A DNA stretch of 62,492 nt, the filler included, from Choristocarpus tenellus KU-1152 (lineage: Eukaryota > Protista > Phaeophyceae), in the NCBI GenBank assembly GCA_964200185.2. It is 11 parts of 11 records of this genome, joined end to end, with 100 filler letters (N's around TTAATTAATTAA, not from the genome) between each part and the next. Parts side by side here need not be neighbours in the genome. Positions count along the whole stretch, not along the records: positions 7,143 to 14,958 come from CAXNAD020005544.1; positions 15,059 to 18,084 come from CAXNAD020022851.1; positions 18,185 to 21,825 come from CAXNAD020018786.1; positions 21,926 to 27,836 come from CAXNAD020009442.1; 7 more parts are not named here. One strand, written 5' to 3'. A program made the position numbers and the translations under genes. Positions within the stretch are counted from its first letter, which is position 1; the number at the start of each line of letters is the position of its first letter. Of this stretch, positions 12,161 to 25,999 are shown piece after piece. Under the pieces are notes generated by a model that made no database searches, was not told the origin of the DNA, and saw only the letters and a program-made list of their open reading frames with translations.

Positions 12161-14291
12161 TCAACGGTAGTGTTCCTTGAGGACCCACACAGTCCCATCA
12201 AATGCATCGTCTACCTTGGTTGCCACCTGCAAAAGTCGGGAAGAGGAAGTTTCACACAATCACATGTTACAATTTAGAGTTTCTCATCACATGTGATTCT
12301 ATCAAAATGTTTTACATCTTTGTAGTCCAACAATCACCTGTAAGATCATAGTTGGTGGAGGGCAGCCTAGTTTGGCAAGACACTCATATGACATACCTCA
12401 GGTGTATTAAATTTGGCAACGTTGTCGTGTGTGTTGAACACCACACACAGGGTATGGTGGAATGTTTTCTTGAGATGGTTGTACTGTCATACAATGCTTC
12501 AAAGGAGTCTTCAATACAGGTGGTGCAAGGAGGTGATGCTATTGACAATGTTTACTTGAAAAAACTGACCGTGTGAAATGGTGCAGTAACAAACACATAC
12601 TATACTATGCGCACAAAGGTCTGAAGTGAGTCAGGAAATCTCCCATGATGGGGCTTTTAAAAGCAAGAAAGCACCTTTCGCAGGAGCTCTGCAAATCGTT
12701 TCTTGGCATCTGCCCCCGCCTTCCCCTTCAAGGCCAGGGCTCCAGTGAAGTTGTTGAGTAGTTTCTGTGAAATGATGAAGGCATTGTGACAATATCAGGG
12801 AAAATATATTTTAAAATGGAACGTAGAGGGATGGACTTTTGGAGGAGAAACCTGACTATTAAAACCAAAAAAATGGGACGCAGAGGTGACGTGACTGGTC
12901 TAACCATGACTTGAATGCTTGCACTTGGTCCAGCAGAAACCGGTGACTTCAATAGAAACAAAGGACTATGGATGGAATCACAAACCTAATCTATCATGTG
13001 CAATGTAGACTTGTGCGTGGCATGGGCTACAACAGCTCAGGATAGGTTGGTCTAAGGGGGAGTGGGGCAGGTTGAAGGTACGAAGGTCTTCAACGAGTAT
13101 CAACTAATAGGAACACTAAACTTGACGTTTTGAAGGCTACTTACCTGCACAGCTCTAAGTTTCCAAAACAATGTTACAGGCAGCAAAGTAGTGTGGAGTG
13201 AGAGGGTCCGCGCCCCTCTCCATAACACACCAATAACTCATTGCAAACAACATTCCCCATCTTGTTAATGAGAGTGCCTTCTTCCCTCTATAAACTTAGT
13301 CCCTTAATGGACAAAGTGGCAAGTTCAAATCTGAATTGCATCATGCAGATAACACAGTAACACGGTAATCTATGTAGCAATCGGAGGTCACTCATGGCAG
13401 GAGTGACAGGAACAACCGCTTCCAAATGCTACTCTTTCAGCCCTACCAACATTATCTAACCTCTACCTCGTAGGCCAACACATTTGCCTTGCAAGCACAC
13501 AAGACTAGGGAGATGATAAGACTAGGTACAATATAGCCTGACCCCATAGGTTGAAGGAAGTTCTATTCGGCATAGCAGCAGTGTCAGGGGTACTCTTTAC
13601 ACTCTGAATAAGCCCTACCTGGAGATGAGGCCATGACACGGCGTGAGAAATGCACTCGGTTGTATCTCACCTTGTCGTTTTGTTCTCGATTACTACAGCA
13701 CTGGGAACGGGGAGTACCAAGCTCGATAAACTTGAAATAATACGTAGCGATGTTCACAACATAAGTACATACGCTTGATTGATAATGCGCTTGCTCTACA
13801 CCTAAACAAACACCGGAGCACAACCACAAATGTATGATGCGGAGAGGAAGATCAAGGGGGAAACAGTAGTTCACTTTGGCTCTTGAGCTCCTCTTGTGTG
13901 TACGAATGCTTCTCTTTGATAGGTGCGCGCAAGCCATCATCCTCCGACAAACCTTGGTAGTCAAACGGTTCCCAAATCGCTTCAGCACTTCAATGATGGC
14001 CTGCTGAGTTATCTCCTGTGATCGTGATGTCCGAGCGACCTCCGTGGTCCGCGCTACCCGTGCCCGCTTCCCTCCACCACCCCCACCTGTTCCTGGCTCA
14101 TCCCCCACTGCAAGAGAAGGCCTCTTCTCCCTCCCACTTCCCCCTACTCCCTGTGCACTCCCCACAGTCGCTGTGGCATCTGGCGAGTCTGCCGAACCTG
14201 AACCACCTACTCCCCCAGCATGAAGGGGTGGAGAGACTCTACCAGTGCCCCTTCCTGCTCCAGGAATGGCACTTGAGACTCGGTAGTCGTC
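12161..14291 (-). CDS. GTF2F1: Transcription initiation factor TFIIF alpha (RAP74), 3' exons 14291-13953, 12764-12675, 12226-12161
   Basis: Phase-0 GT-AG exons (339, 90, 66 nt) give a low-complexity linker followed by EITQQAIIEVLKRFGNRLTTK|KLLNNFTGALALKGKAGADAKKRFAELLRK|VATKVDDAFDGTVWVLKEHYR*. This is typical of the RAP74 C-terminal winged helix. Confidence 0.65.
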
Positions 14292-15058
14292 CTGCCACAC
14301 CAAGCACATAAAGGAGGAGCGGTGAAAGCATTGTTAGTTTACTATAGCAGGTACAAAGCCCTCACCACCTTCTGAAAAAGAGTGTGCATGGAATATATGT
14401 ATGTACATAAACACAAATAGCAAAAAAACATAGTGCCAATAGCCGTGGAAGGGGGGGGCACTGCCTACTGCTAAGGTCTGGAATGGTTGAGCTCCTTTGC
14501 CACTGCATTTATGAGAGAAGAGCACGTCTAATCTTTGGATCTTCACTAAATTGTACACAATTCTAATCTTCAACAAGGAAAAGCACACAGAGATCACAAC
14601 CGATGTGTTGTCACAATACACCATATAAATATCATATAAATATCACGCCCCAGATAACTACTTCAAATATCAACAGACACACTACAGAAAACAAAGAACG
14701 TTCAAGGGGTTTTTCACAAGCTACCACTGTGGAAAAATAGGTGCAAATACGATGGAATCAAAATCAGACTCTGTACTCTAAAAAAGAAAAAGTGCTTTGA
14801 GTATGTGATGCAAGTCCTTCAACTTGAACAATAGTGTGGATAGTGTGTGAGAAATGACTGTCAGTGCAAAGTCGTTGATGTGTTCCCCCTCCCCCCCCCC
14901 AAAAAAAAAAAATCTATCCTCGTGAACAATGAGAAAAAAAAAGACTCAAATATTCAACNNNNNNNNNNNNNNNNNNNNNNNNNNNNNNNNNNNNNNNNNN
15001 NNTTAATTAATTAANNNNNNNNNNNNNNNNNNNNNNNNNNNNNNNNNNNNNNNNNNNN

Positions 15059-15289
15059 CTTGGTGTTCATTTCGTTCTTGTCGACACCGTGTCCTTTTAT
15101 GTCATTCTTAGGTCCTTGCTGCTTCCCTTCTCCTCTACCATTGGTGGGATCTTTGACACTGTCCACCTCATTGGTGTTGTTGTTGGTGTCACCTTCAAGG
15201 GAGGCTACCTTTGGTGCTTTACACTTGCCTTTCTTTGAAGGGAAGAGGTGACCCATGAACACTGGGGCCAGGCCATCCAGACACCCCAC
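15059..15289 (-). CDS. Probable internal exon of an unknown gene, truncated by contig end
   Basis: Acceptor caatag|GTG followed by an open frame VGCLDGLAPVFMGHLF... running to the contig end. GC-richer than flanks. Confidence 0.35.
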
Positions 15290-15312
15290 CTATTGATCGC
15301 ATGGTAGAAAGA

Positions 15313-15400
15313 TCAAATTGATGAGAATATTGATAATATCAAACTGATGAGAATATTGATAATATCAAATTGATGACAATATTGATAATATTGGTAACAT
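15313..15400 (+). repeat. ~26-bp minisatellite, 3 copies
   Basis: TCAAATTGATGAGAATATTGATAATA repeated. Confidence 0.8.
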
Positions 15401-16411
15401 TGATAAGGCTTACAAATTCTTGGAGGTAGAGAGGCACACCAAGTATATCCTCACAATTTACACCAAGGCACACTGCACACACACAGAGGAGCTGCTCCTA
15501 CTCCTACTCCTTCCATCCTCACCAACCACTAAGAAGTATTAGAATACCCACACTGGAGTTTCCGGTGAGACTGGTTGTAGGGTTAGGGCTAGGGCTGGGG
15601 TTAGGGTTAGCTAGCACTTGACAACAGAGGTTCAGTTGCAGAAGGTATTGTACACTATGTATGTATGTATGTACACCTTGTACACTATGTATGTACACTA
15701 CCATATTATCTTCCCACCGGTTAGGGTTAGGGTGTATGCCCAAAAGGGAGTTACACAAGAGAAAAAGGCGATTGCATGTATCTTTGTATTGGGTAGTCGC
15801 CACTGCCTGAAATGAGAGTCGATATCAGAGTGGAAAACAACCAATCGCTTACCAGCGGCAAGACTAACAATAATAAAAATAATAATAATAATAATAATAA
15901 ATGATATCAGATAGGTATTACTGTTATCTTTATTTTGTACAGGGTTAAGTCACTGGTAAGGGGTCATCGGAAATCATTGGGGAAGGCACTAATACCCCCT
16001 CTTAGCTATCAATAGTAAGGAGTTACTAATACCCACTTAGCTACCAATAGTAAGCAGGTGGGGTATGTAAACATGAAACACTGACAACAATCACAACTGT
16101 ATATGTGTTATTGAAGAAAGGGGAGTGTTACAAGGTGTATATATGCTCAAGGACAGATTAAACCAGGTCAACAAAAAAAGACACATATTGAGTTAACCAT
16201 TGACTTAACCGTACATGTGTGTCCAACACTGTCCTACTACTACAATACTACTACAATACTACTACAATAGTATATTACTCCTATAATCCTAGCGTAATAA
16301 TGGAAGTGTCAATACATCAATATGATAAAATAAATAATATATCTATTATTTTTCTCATACACAAATTAAAGAAAATCTAGGTCAGGAGTAAACCACCAAG
16401 CCCCTCCGATC

Positions 16412-16456
16412 AACCCTAACCCTAACCCTAACCCTGACCCTGACCCTGACCCTAAC
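16412..16456 (-). repeat. Interstitial telomere-like (TTAGGG)n; further short runs near 15580, 15720, 16880, 20720, 20770, 33490 and 60275
   Basis: CCCTAA/CCCTGA arrays. Confidence 0.75.
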
Positions 16457-17289
16457 CGCGTTGAGAAGAAAAGAAAAAAAAAGAATACAACATACTACAC
16501 AAATCATCGCACAATACACACACATGCATTCATGCTTGTTTTTTCATGAAAACATTCAACAATCGTGACTATCAGGGGTATACCTTATTCTTTCACCAAT
16601 CAACCACTTGATACCCACCAAAAAGTCACTACCCAGCCCTCCGCTTCCACCTCTACTACCATGGCACAGAGATGTAACCACTGACATACACAAAAAGATC
16701 GTGAGAGTCCCTGGCTTTCCAAACAAGCATAGAAATTGCTGCCAATTAAAGGATAGATAGGTAGATAGGTAGGTAGGGGGTCGGTAGGTAAGTATGACAT
16801 AAAAAGGTATATACCCCTGACATTGTAAGTTGTGAAGCTAGGATACCATACCATTGTCAGTCTACTTCGTTCTGTCATACCCTAACCCTAACACTTAAAA
16901 AAAACACTGTTAGGCTATTTACATTAAACACTTACACGTCTTTCTCATTGATTGCACTTCTACCTCGTCCACTATGACAACTATTCAATAAATATAAATA
17001 AATATAAATATATATATTTTGTATTTTTTGAAATCGTAGGAACTGCAGGAAGTAACTGTAGAAAAAGTTTTAAATAGGTGAAAAAAAAAATATATATATA
17101 GAGAGATATATATATATATATATTGTCTTCCTTCCAGCAAAGAGATATACATCAGGTTAATAGTTATCAGTCCAACTAATCCAATCCCACATGCCCATGC
17201 ACTCTAGACCAAACATCCTGTGGATGGCACAGGCAGGGAGGGGGTGGGGGGTTGGGGGTAATAGACCCCGTATGAATAAATGTACTCAC

Positions 17290-17364
17290 CATGAGCTGGT
17301 TGTAAACCTCACTGCTTGGAATTCGGAACCTTCCTTTTCTTTTTCCCCCTTCCATATCATCCCC
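17290..17364 (-). CDS. Probable small exon of an unknown gene (DDMEGGKRKGRFRIPSSEVYNQLM)
   Basis: Strong acceptor tttgttttcag and donor ATG|gtgagt flank an open frame. Boundaries approximate. Confidence 0.4.
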
Positions 17365-19173
17365 TGAAAACAAATATAATTACAAACGTGAGGGGACAAG
17401 AACAATAACGGTTACTGAGAAAGCCAAAAGAGAAAACAAAGCTTCCACGGAGAAAGAGAAAGAGAAAGAATAAAAATATAAATAAATACAAAGAACAGCA
17501 GAGGTTGTGTGCCTCACTTACAGTACATAGCACTAAGAATACAAAAATAAAGAATGAAATATTTGAAACAAGGGTCTCAGGAAGGGGGATAGGTGGGGAC
17601 AAAAAACATATTTTTCTTTTTTAAAAGGGAATTTTAAAATTTTAATTTTAATACGCACTTTTAAAAAATCAAAACCAAAGGTTGGTACAGGAAGGGGATC
17701 GATTGCACTCCAAACCTTTCCACAGGCACATGCTACAAAGCATCACTTTGTTACTATTCTGAAAAAATCACTACAGAATAATTATTATTTGAGAAACAAT
17801 AGTAAGGTGGGGATAGGATAGAACTTCGGATAACCAAAACAAGAAGTTTAAATGCAAAAAATATTATTATTATAATTTAAAAAAAAATAGGTAACAAAAA
17901 AAATATAACAAAAGTATTTGGATATCGTATTTTATTTTAAATAGACAAAATCGTTCTTCTCGCTACTGCACACTTCAAAACACACACATATACATATATT
18001 ATAGTTCTTAATATTCCAAAAGAATATCGTAGTAGCAAATTCAAATCGGAATAATTTAATTGGGTCAAAGTATCTGGGGGGGGGNNNNNNNNNNNNNNNN
18101 NNNNNNNNNNNNNNNNNNNNNNNNNNNNTTAATTAATTAANNNNNNNNNNNNNNNNNNNNNNNNNNNNNNNNNNNNNNNNNNNNATATATATACTTCCTT
18201 TGAGGGAGGTTTCTCCCCTCTCCCCCCCCCCCCCTTCCCCCACAAACACATATACACGCACACAATCTCATTTTTTGTTTGTTTTGATGGGGAAGGACTT
18301 TGATTTTTCAGTACGTGTGGGGGATGTGAAGGTGGTTGAAGAGGGTGCATCTTGGGAGTTAGATTGGGTGTGGGGGTGGGGGAGAGTCTTGGCAGGCGTT
18401 TTGTAGAACCTGTCTACCTCAGGTTTCCTCTTGCAGCAGCCTGCTATATTAAGAATATCTCCCTGTATGTGAGAAATTTCTCATAAAAATATGTGTATAT
18501 ATTTATGTATACTTTAATGTCTTATCTCATATTTCGAGATGTAATGTATGTAATGTATGTATGTATTGTGTATGTATGTAATGTATGTGTGTATGTATGT
18601 AATGTATGTGTATGTATGTATGTATGTGTGTAAGAGTAACAAGTATGATGTGGTACGTGAGTGCTGGCGTGGTACTTGTTTTATTTTTTATTTTTTTTAT
18701 TCAACTGCTCATAGTGTGGAATTATTTGGGAATAAGTTGGGAATTATTTTGATGAACCTCTCTACGGATCACTTCCTTCCGAGAACGCACAGGCTGCGAT
18801 CGCTTTTCCCTTCCCGGCGGTCTCTGATTCTTTTATTTGCTTCTTTTATTTATGTTGAAGCTGTTTTTGTTATTTCTGTTCTTTTATTCCGTTTGCGAGT
18901 TCTGTTCTTTTTTTTTATTGATGCAAATGCGCTTCGTTTTTTTTCTGTTCCTTCGAGAACGCGCTTTTATGTTGATATTGTTTCCTGTACGTTGCTAGTA
19001 ATTGTTCTTTGTTAACTATTCTTTTTTAATTTGTTAATTTTGTTCTGTGCGTGTTGATAATAATTGTTCTCTATGGACTATTCTCGTATTCGTTGATGAC
19101 GAGGTGACAATGATGTTTTCAAAAGTTTGTATCGGTGATTATTAACACTAATAATAATAATAATAATATTAAA

Positions 19174-19438
19174 GAGTGAAAGTATCTTATTAAGAGAGGG
19201 TACGAGTTTTGCCCTGTTTGTCCATTTGGGGCTTGGCTTCCCATGGGGTTTTTGTGATATTTTTCCTACTCCAAAATGTTTCGGAGTAGGTAATATGTGT
19301 ATGTTATGAAATGGTGTGTCCGGAACAAGGATACTGACACTTCCTAACAAACACGACAGATAAAATAACATAAAAATTGCAACATTGGATTTTGACCCCC
19401 AAATGGACGCGGCTATACCCTCTAAGATACTTTGGCTC
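19174..19438 (+). mobile_element. MITE family A
   Basis: GAGTGAAAGTATCTT...AAGATACTTTGGCTC; internal sequence matches other copies; flanked by AAA. Confidence 0.85.
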
Positions 19439-19751
19439 AAAGGGTCATTCATCCCCACTGCCACCAATGGATCGATTTGCATCCTTCTGGTGTTTTTATT
19501 TTTGTTATTATTATTATTATTTGGAACATTAGTCTGAGGGGTCCAAGACCTGTGGTCAAAAGGTAGTTGTGGGAAAGCAATACACACAGCTTGATAAAAT
19601 ATGTACATTAAAATATGTAAATTTTTGTAATTGAAAATAATAAGAATAAAGAGGCCAGTGTTTCTTCTATCTACGAAAAAAGGGCAAAATTGAGAGAAGA
19701 CGCCTTTTGGTGCAACGAACTCTAACACCCACAAAACCGTATCTGGGGCAG

Positions 19752-19901
19752 GGGCCCAAGGGAAAGATGAGTGCCAGTTCCGAATCAAGTGCTATCTTTG
19801 TGACAGACACACCCAAGAAGGTGAAGACTAAGATCGGCAGCTGCTTCTCAGGGGGACAAGAAACGAAGGAGCTGCAGGAGCTGCATGGGGCTAACATTAA
19901 G
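19752..19901 (+). CDS. WARS: Cytosolic-type tryptophanyl-tRNA synthetase, single internal exon
   Basis: 150-nt exon cag|GGG...AAG|gtgagt encodes GPKGKMSASSESSAIFVTDTPKKVKTKIGSCFSGGQETKELQELHGANIK. It has the KMSAS class-I motif followed by IFxTDT...FSGG of eukaryotic TrpRS. Confidence 0.9.
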
Positions 19902-21473
19902 GTGAGTGCTTAGTTCCTAACATTTTTAGTTGCTAACATTCAGGACATGGAAGGACGCCTAGTTCCTTGTTGATTGGTTGTTGATTGATTGTTGATCTGT
20001 TATTGATCTGTTGTTGACAGGAGATGGGGGTGAGGATGGATGAACAGGGATTCTCGAACTGATTTCTTTGTTTTGAGAAGTACCTGTTTCTTCTCTTTGT
20101 TTTGAGAAGTACCTGTTTCTTATCTTTGTTTTGAGTAGTACCTGTTTCTTTCTTTATTGTATCTCTTGTTGTCACAATTAGCCTGGGAAAAGGTACTTTG
20201 AATGATGGGTTGCACGAGCCCGACTTTTATCTCTCTTTTTGTCTAGTTACAATTGTTCTCCTAAATTGTTCTTCCATTGCTCGGGTGGATGTTGTCCCAC
20301 CATGAACAACCTACCACCTTTTCCTTTCTCCTTGTGAGATACGCAAGAGTACATATTTTTGTTATTTTATTTGTTTTATTTCCAACCCCTTTTTTGACAT
20401 CGTCCTTGCAAACATATTTTTATTTTCCAGTAATAAAAAGAATGAGGAGAGTGCTGTCTGATAATCAGTATTAACTTGTGCATTGATTAACGTGTGTTAG
20501 GTTTAGGGGGGGGGTTGTTCCTCTTTCGTTTTTACTGATAATAATAATAATAATAGTAATGTATAATAATAGTAATAGTAATAAATAATAATAATAGTAT
20601 TTGCGGACTACCATGGTACGAAAAAAAGCCAACCTCTCATAGTAATAATAATAAATAATAATAGTGTGATAATATTCGTTGTGTTCTTTTGAATGGAAAG
20701 GGATAGTTGTCTCTTCCGAGGGTTAGGGTTAGGGAGACTACTACTTACGCAGAGGAGTTGCTTTTCAATTAGGGTTAGGGTTAGGGAATATCCTCGAAGC
20801 TTTCTTCTTTCAACCTTTGAAATGATTGCTATTGATATTGCTGAGAGACCAATACTACTCTTAAACTCCTCCCAGTGACTAGCTTAGGGTGGGTATCTAA
20901 TAGTCTGGACATCACTGCAGTGCTCAAAACTCATTTTTTTTTCACTTTTTTTACAATTGTGTTACGGGACGTGTGTGTGTCACGTAATAGTATCGTGGGG
21001 GTTTGAGCACAATACTTTCAAAATTCTCTTCCGGTTGGTGAAGAGCGTGAGGGGAAGCTACCTGCAATTTATCTTGTGAGAGTGAGAGTGGGTTTCAGTG
21101 TTCTGTGAGAGGAGTCGTTTTATTTTTATTTTTTATTTTATTTTTTATTTATTCTTGATTGGCCTTGTGTACCTACCGCCCCTCTTCAACATGGAGGCCT
21201 GAACAGCACAGCAGTATTGTAATAGTATTGAGCAGCTGGGGCTCGTGTACTGTTTCATTGAGGAGGAAGATGGCTTGGATGGAGTTTTGGTTGAAGTTTT
21301 GGTTGCCGAGGTGGAGTAGATGGTGGAACTCTGCATACCTTGCTTGCGTCCTGTGTGTGCTCTGACTTGTCTTGAATAACCCTCTTGGGGGTGTTAGGCG
21401 GTTGAGACTTGTCTTGAAGTATTAATCCATCTCTTGCCTCTTTTCATTCCACATCTCTTTCTGATGGACGGAT

Positions 21474-21648
21474 AGGTTTAACTTATTGTAGTATTGGTAC
21501 ACAAGATATAAGGTTTAACTTATTGTAGTATTGGTACTCAAGATAAGGTTTAACTTATTGTAGTATTGGTACTCAAGATAAGGTTTAACTTATTGTAGTA
21601 TTGGTACTCAAGATAAGGTTTAACTTAATGTAGTATTGGTACACAAGA
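21474..21648 (+). repeat. 35-bp minisatellite, 5 copies
   Basis: AGGTTTAACTTATTGTAGTATTGGTACTCAAGATA head-to-tail, no spacers. Confidence 0.9.
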
Positions 21649-21758
21649 ACAAAACAAAACAAAACATGTAGGCCGGTGTGAGGTCAACTCTACGGGAGGT
21701 GTATTGCAAACCATGTAAAGGACATGTGTAAAGGACATGTGCAACAATCTCAACTTTC

Positions 21759-21825
21759 GGGTCAAAGTATCTGGGTGGGGGGGGGGGAGGCGTGTCGGCG
21801 TCCGTTTTTCACCCTTTTTTCGATT
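21759..21825 (+). mobile_element. Family-B-related TIR end at contig end; similar ends at 18062-18084, 21926-22000, 27937-27955 and 59265-59314
   Basis: GGGTCAAAGTATCTGGG(G)n / (C)nAGATACTTTGACCC motifs at or near contig breaks. Confidence 0.7.
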
Positions 21826-22999
21826 NNNNNNNNNNNNNNNNNNNNNNNNNNNNNNNNNNNNNNNNNNNNTTAATTAATTAANNNNNNNNNNNNNNNNNNN
21901 NNNNNNNNNNNNNNNNNNNNNNNNNATCACACCAAAAAGTGAACATCGAAAAAAAGGGTGAAAAACGGACGCCGGCACCCCCCCCCAGATAATTTGACCC
22001 TCATGAAAAGGTGCATCTTTGCCCCTCCAAGTCGAAGGTGCTCAGCTCTCAAATTGTATGTGGGACAAGGCAGGGTGTGGTGTGTGAGATGCTTGCCTTG
22101 CTGAGTGCCTTTGGTTACAAACCATTCTATTGTTCAAATTCTTAATCTTGCGTAATTCATAGGATATTGGTAGGTTGTTACCGGGATAATGAGAGTAGTG
22201 ACTCCATGGTTTTGTAGTCTTAGTGCCCCAAGTGTGACCAGGTGTGCATTTCAGGCAATACGGTTGTCACCGTATATTGTAGTGAGTTTCTACTTTTATG
22301 TATTGCTTGCTTGAAACTAGTTGCAGCTTGGGGAGGTGGAACGGTGCAAGGATAGGTGCATCATGAATCCGTAGAAACCAAGGGCATTCAATGCCGACTG
22401 GGAGTATTTTGAATTGTTTGTAGCTTCTTTGGGGAGACAAGGCGGTATGAAGACTTCATAAAGTCGTAGTGATGTAGAGTGGAAGTGAAGACATGGAAAA
22501 GTGATAGTGTAGGTGGCAGTTATAGAGGTAGGTTGGAGTCAAGATATTGGGCAGTTCGTACACAGGGTAGTTACACACTATGCGTTGGTGATATCTGTCG
22601 GGTTTTTTAGAGGTGGAAACCTTGAAACAATTATACATCCACAGTGTAAGTTGTAATAAGAGTAGTTTTATATCTTTTCGGTAAGGTGACCTTTTGAACA
22701 GCATGCTAGTTCGGTGAGGTTGGTTGGTGAGGGGGATGAGAAGATGTAGACCTGTACAGATATATAGAGATTTGAAGGTATACATGAATATATAATGTGC
22801 GTGTCCCATGGCGATGACTGACTGTCTTATTTGGTAGACGGCTGTTTCTCAGACGGCAAGCGACCAAAATTATATGAAAAAATGAAATGGTTGTCAAGCT
22901 CAATATCAATTTTGAAGATGTGAAGACCATTGTTTTCATCATCTTCTCACACTGTTTTGTCTTCAAACGCCCATGCAGCGTCAAGATGTCGTGTTACAG

Positions 23000-23258
23000 G
23001 ACCCAAAGTATCTCACAGGGTACGAGTTTTGTCCTGTTTGCCCATTTGGGGCCTGACTTCCCACGGGTTTTTGTGACATGTTCCTACCCCGAAATGTTTC
23101 GGAGTAGGTAACATGTATACGTTATGAAAAAGTGTGTCTGGAACAAGGATATTGACACTTCCTGACAAACACGATAGTCAAAACTACATCAAAAATCGAA
23201 ATATTGGATTTGGACCCCCCAAACGAACGCGGCTCTACCCTATAAGATAATTTGACTC
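23000..23258 (+). mobile_element. MITE family A
   Basis: TIR-bounded copy with a perfect 4-bp TSD ACAG. Confidence 0.85.
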
Positions 23259-25199
23259 ACAGACCGCTCCAGACGCTTACCTCCAGAGGATGTATAGCTC
23301 CGATCTACAGGCCTATAGATGACGCTGATGTTCGTACAGGGCTACCAGGATACTCCAACAGTCAAAGGGGTCCAATCCACAGGTTAATGAACGTCAGCTC
23401 AGCAGAACGGGGGTACTCTTAATGAATCAATAAGCATGACTATGAGAATTGGTATCAGTTAAGAGTAAGTCCTGGGGTTGCTCGAGCCGTTTGGGATCTG
23501 AGCTGTTTTAGGATCTCTTATAATCATTTACCGTTTTTTTTCTTTGGTTTACAGACGTTGGAATACATGTGAGAACCGTTGCGACCTACCCAAGTTATAG
23601 ATTATATTCGCAACTCTTAGCAAATTGGAGTTCACCCTTTTATGGTTTCGCACGTGCGTACATTGCACATGCCGGTTAATGCACCGGAAGAAATACTCAC
23701 GCTATTTGCCTGTAACAGTCAACCATCGGTAATCTCTAGTGGTAATTTAACCCGTATTGATACTATACTGGACACTTTGCATGATGGTGATAGAGAATTC
23801 TATAAAAATGGTGGCACTGTGTAATAGGCACTCTTCATCCATTGCTTGGTCTTGATGTTATTGCTTCCAAGCACTATGTATTTGTTGTTTGATACCCTCC
23901 TGTTCCTACCTATATTAGACGGACATGTGTCCAAAAGGTGGAACGAGAAGAGACAGACGTAGTAGCAAGGAATAGAAAATCGACTTGACAAAAATAAAAC
24001 CAATAAGCAAAACAAAATGAAAAAAAGGGAGAAAAAAGGGAATAGAAAAAAATCTCAATTTAGATATATGCAAAGGATGTGAATACAGAATGCAAAAGGT
24101 CCAGGTAAAATGACTCCTTGCATGCGTTGCTGCTGGTGATGTACAGCGGACCCCATCATCAAAAATGCTCTTCATCAATATTCCTCGGCATCAGGGGCCA
24201 CTGGGAGGGATCCACTTAGCAAGAAAACGCACATTCAATCAGCACGGAAGTTTTTCTTCCTTGAAGCACTACAGAGGGATGAAAAGACACGTACCAGGGG
24301 GGGAAGATTCCGGAATAGAGATAATATATTCATAGGCTGCGGCAGAAAAAATAATAGCAATAGAGCACTAAGGCCTCTCCGTTTTGAAACCCTCTAGTGT
24401 TGTACTTGACAGATTGTTGGGATTGCATATTGTCCAACAGGGCCTACTCTTCACGAGGAACCCAATAGTCATCACCCTCTATTTCAACTAGTCCCTGTGG
24501 AAGAAAGGCAGCATTGTACCATTTCTTTAACGAGTGTCCATTGTGCAATTTACCTTGGAAGGTATTGCTATTTGATTAGTAGTGAAGACTAGAGGGTGTG
24601 GAGCCTCACACGGTTCCTCATTGCTGAACGTGAATATATGGTTTAAGAGAAGAGTGACCTTGTGGGGTGTCTTCTTATTGCTTTTATATTATTATTTGCG
24701 CCTCGGATGTAAGTCAACATTTATGCCAGAAAATTCTTATCGCAATACAAAACTCCATACATAATCCAGATGTACTATCTCATTAGTAGCGTGTTTGCAC
24801 AAAATGAAATAAATACATTATCCAAATTTGTGTAACGGCGATAGGAAAATCCACTACGAAAATCAGATTGCACAAAATTAAATTCACTATCAATAAGAAA
24901 AAAATCAAAAAATAAGAACACCACCCGAAGGTGAGGTGCAAATTCAACCTTCAACAACAGGGTTAGTGGGTCTGTTGTGACGAAAGAGCAGTCTGCCGTA
25001 GCCCGTGTTAGCTTCCATCTATTTCGACCCTTCCCAGGACATTCCTCAGTGGTTTGAGCTATGGAGGTAGGTCTTTGTCCAAATGGTGTTGACTTCTATC
25101 GCTCACCCTGTCTGTGACTAAAGCAAGTGGGGATGGAAGCACAGGCTGGGGAACGGATGTGACTGGTCGAACGGGTTTTGATGCAGAGCCTAGACACTT

Positions 25200-25456
25200 G
25201 AGTGAAAGTATCTTAGAGGGTACGAGTTTGCCCTGTTTGTCCATTTGGGGCTTGACATCCCACGGGTTTTTAATGACATACTACCTCCTCCAAAATGTTT
25301 CCGAGTAAGTAAAATGTATACGCTATAAAAGATGTGTCCGGAACAAGGATATTGACATCTCCTAACAATCACTATAGCCAAAATTACATCAAAATCGCAA
25401 CATTGGATTTTGGCTCCCAAATGGACGTGGCTCCACCCTCTAAGATACTTTGACTC
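25200..25456 (+). mobile_element. MITE family A
   Basis: GAGTGAAAGTATCTTAGAGGG...CCCTCTAAGATACTTTGACTC with a perfect TSD ACTT. Confidence 0.9.
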
Positions 25457-25999
25457 ACTTGATCGACACATACATCATTATCACCTGTCTCATTGTCCTT
25501 CATTGTCCTGCTGGTACCTGGTTCGAGCCGTCATTTATGTACTCCATCTGTACTATGGCGACTACTGGCTGGACTACAATGACTACCCACACCCACATCT
25601 ACTGAATTACAACGGCTAGACACGTATTTCGGAGCTTGGACGCCTTGTACTCCATGGACTTCTCCCCGTGTCCCCCCAACCCGCCACCTTTTCACCCACA
25701 ACATTCCCACACCTGCCCTTCCGGTTTACCTACCCACTCCACCGACCAAATGACACCCTAAGCCCACCTTCCCTCCCGGTATCACCAACTCCCACCCCTG
25801 CCTCACTCACCGCTCTCATTGCCCCTACGCCCCCACCAATCACACCTATCCCTACACCATTCACCACACTGTCATTACCCTCCATACCACTTACCACCTC
25901 CATCACCACCCCCTAGCACCTCCAACAAACTCCACACCCATGCACCCCTTGCACTTTGCCCACACCGCCGTCACAGACCCGGTCCTAACCACCTCACTT

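Noticed and set aside
21474-21648. 35-bp repeat as a CRISPR array
   Set aside because: Units are head-to-tail with no unique spacers, no cas genes are present, and the context is eukaryotic.
21759-22000. One TIR element spanning the linker
   Set aside because: The ends are inverted copies but the flanks (TTTC versus TCAT) are not a TSD and the linker is artificial. They are probably two separate copies.
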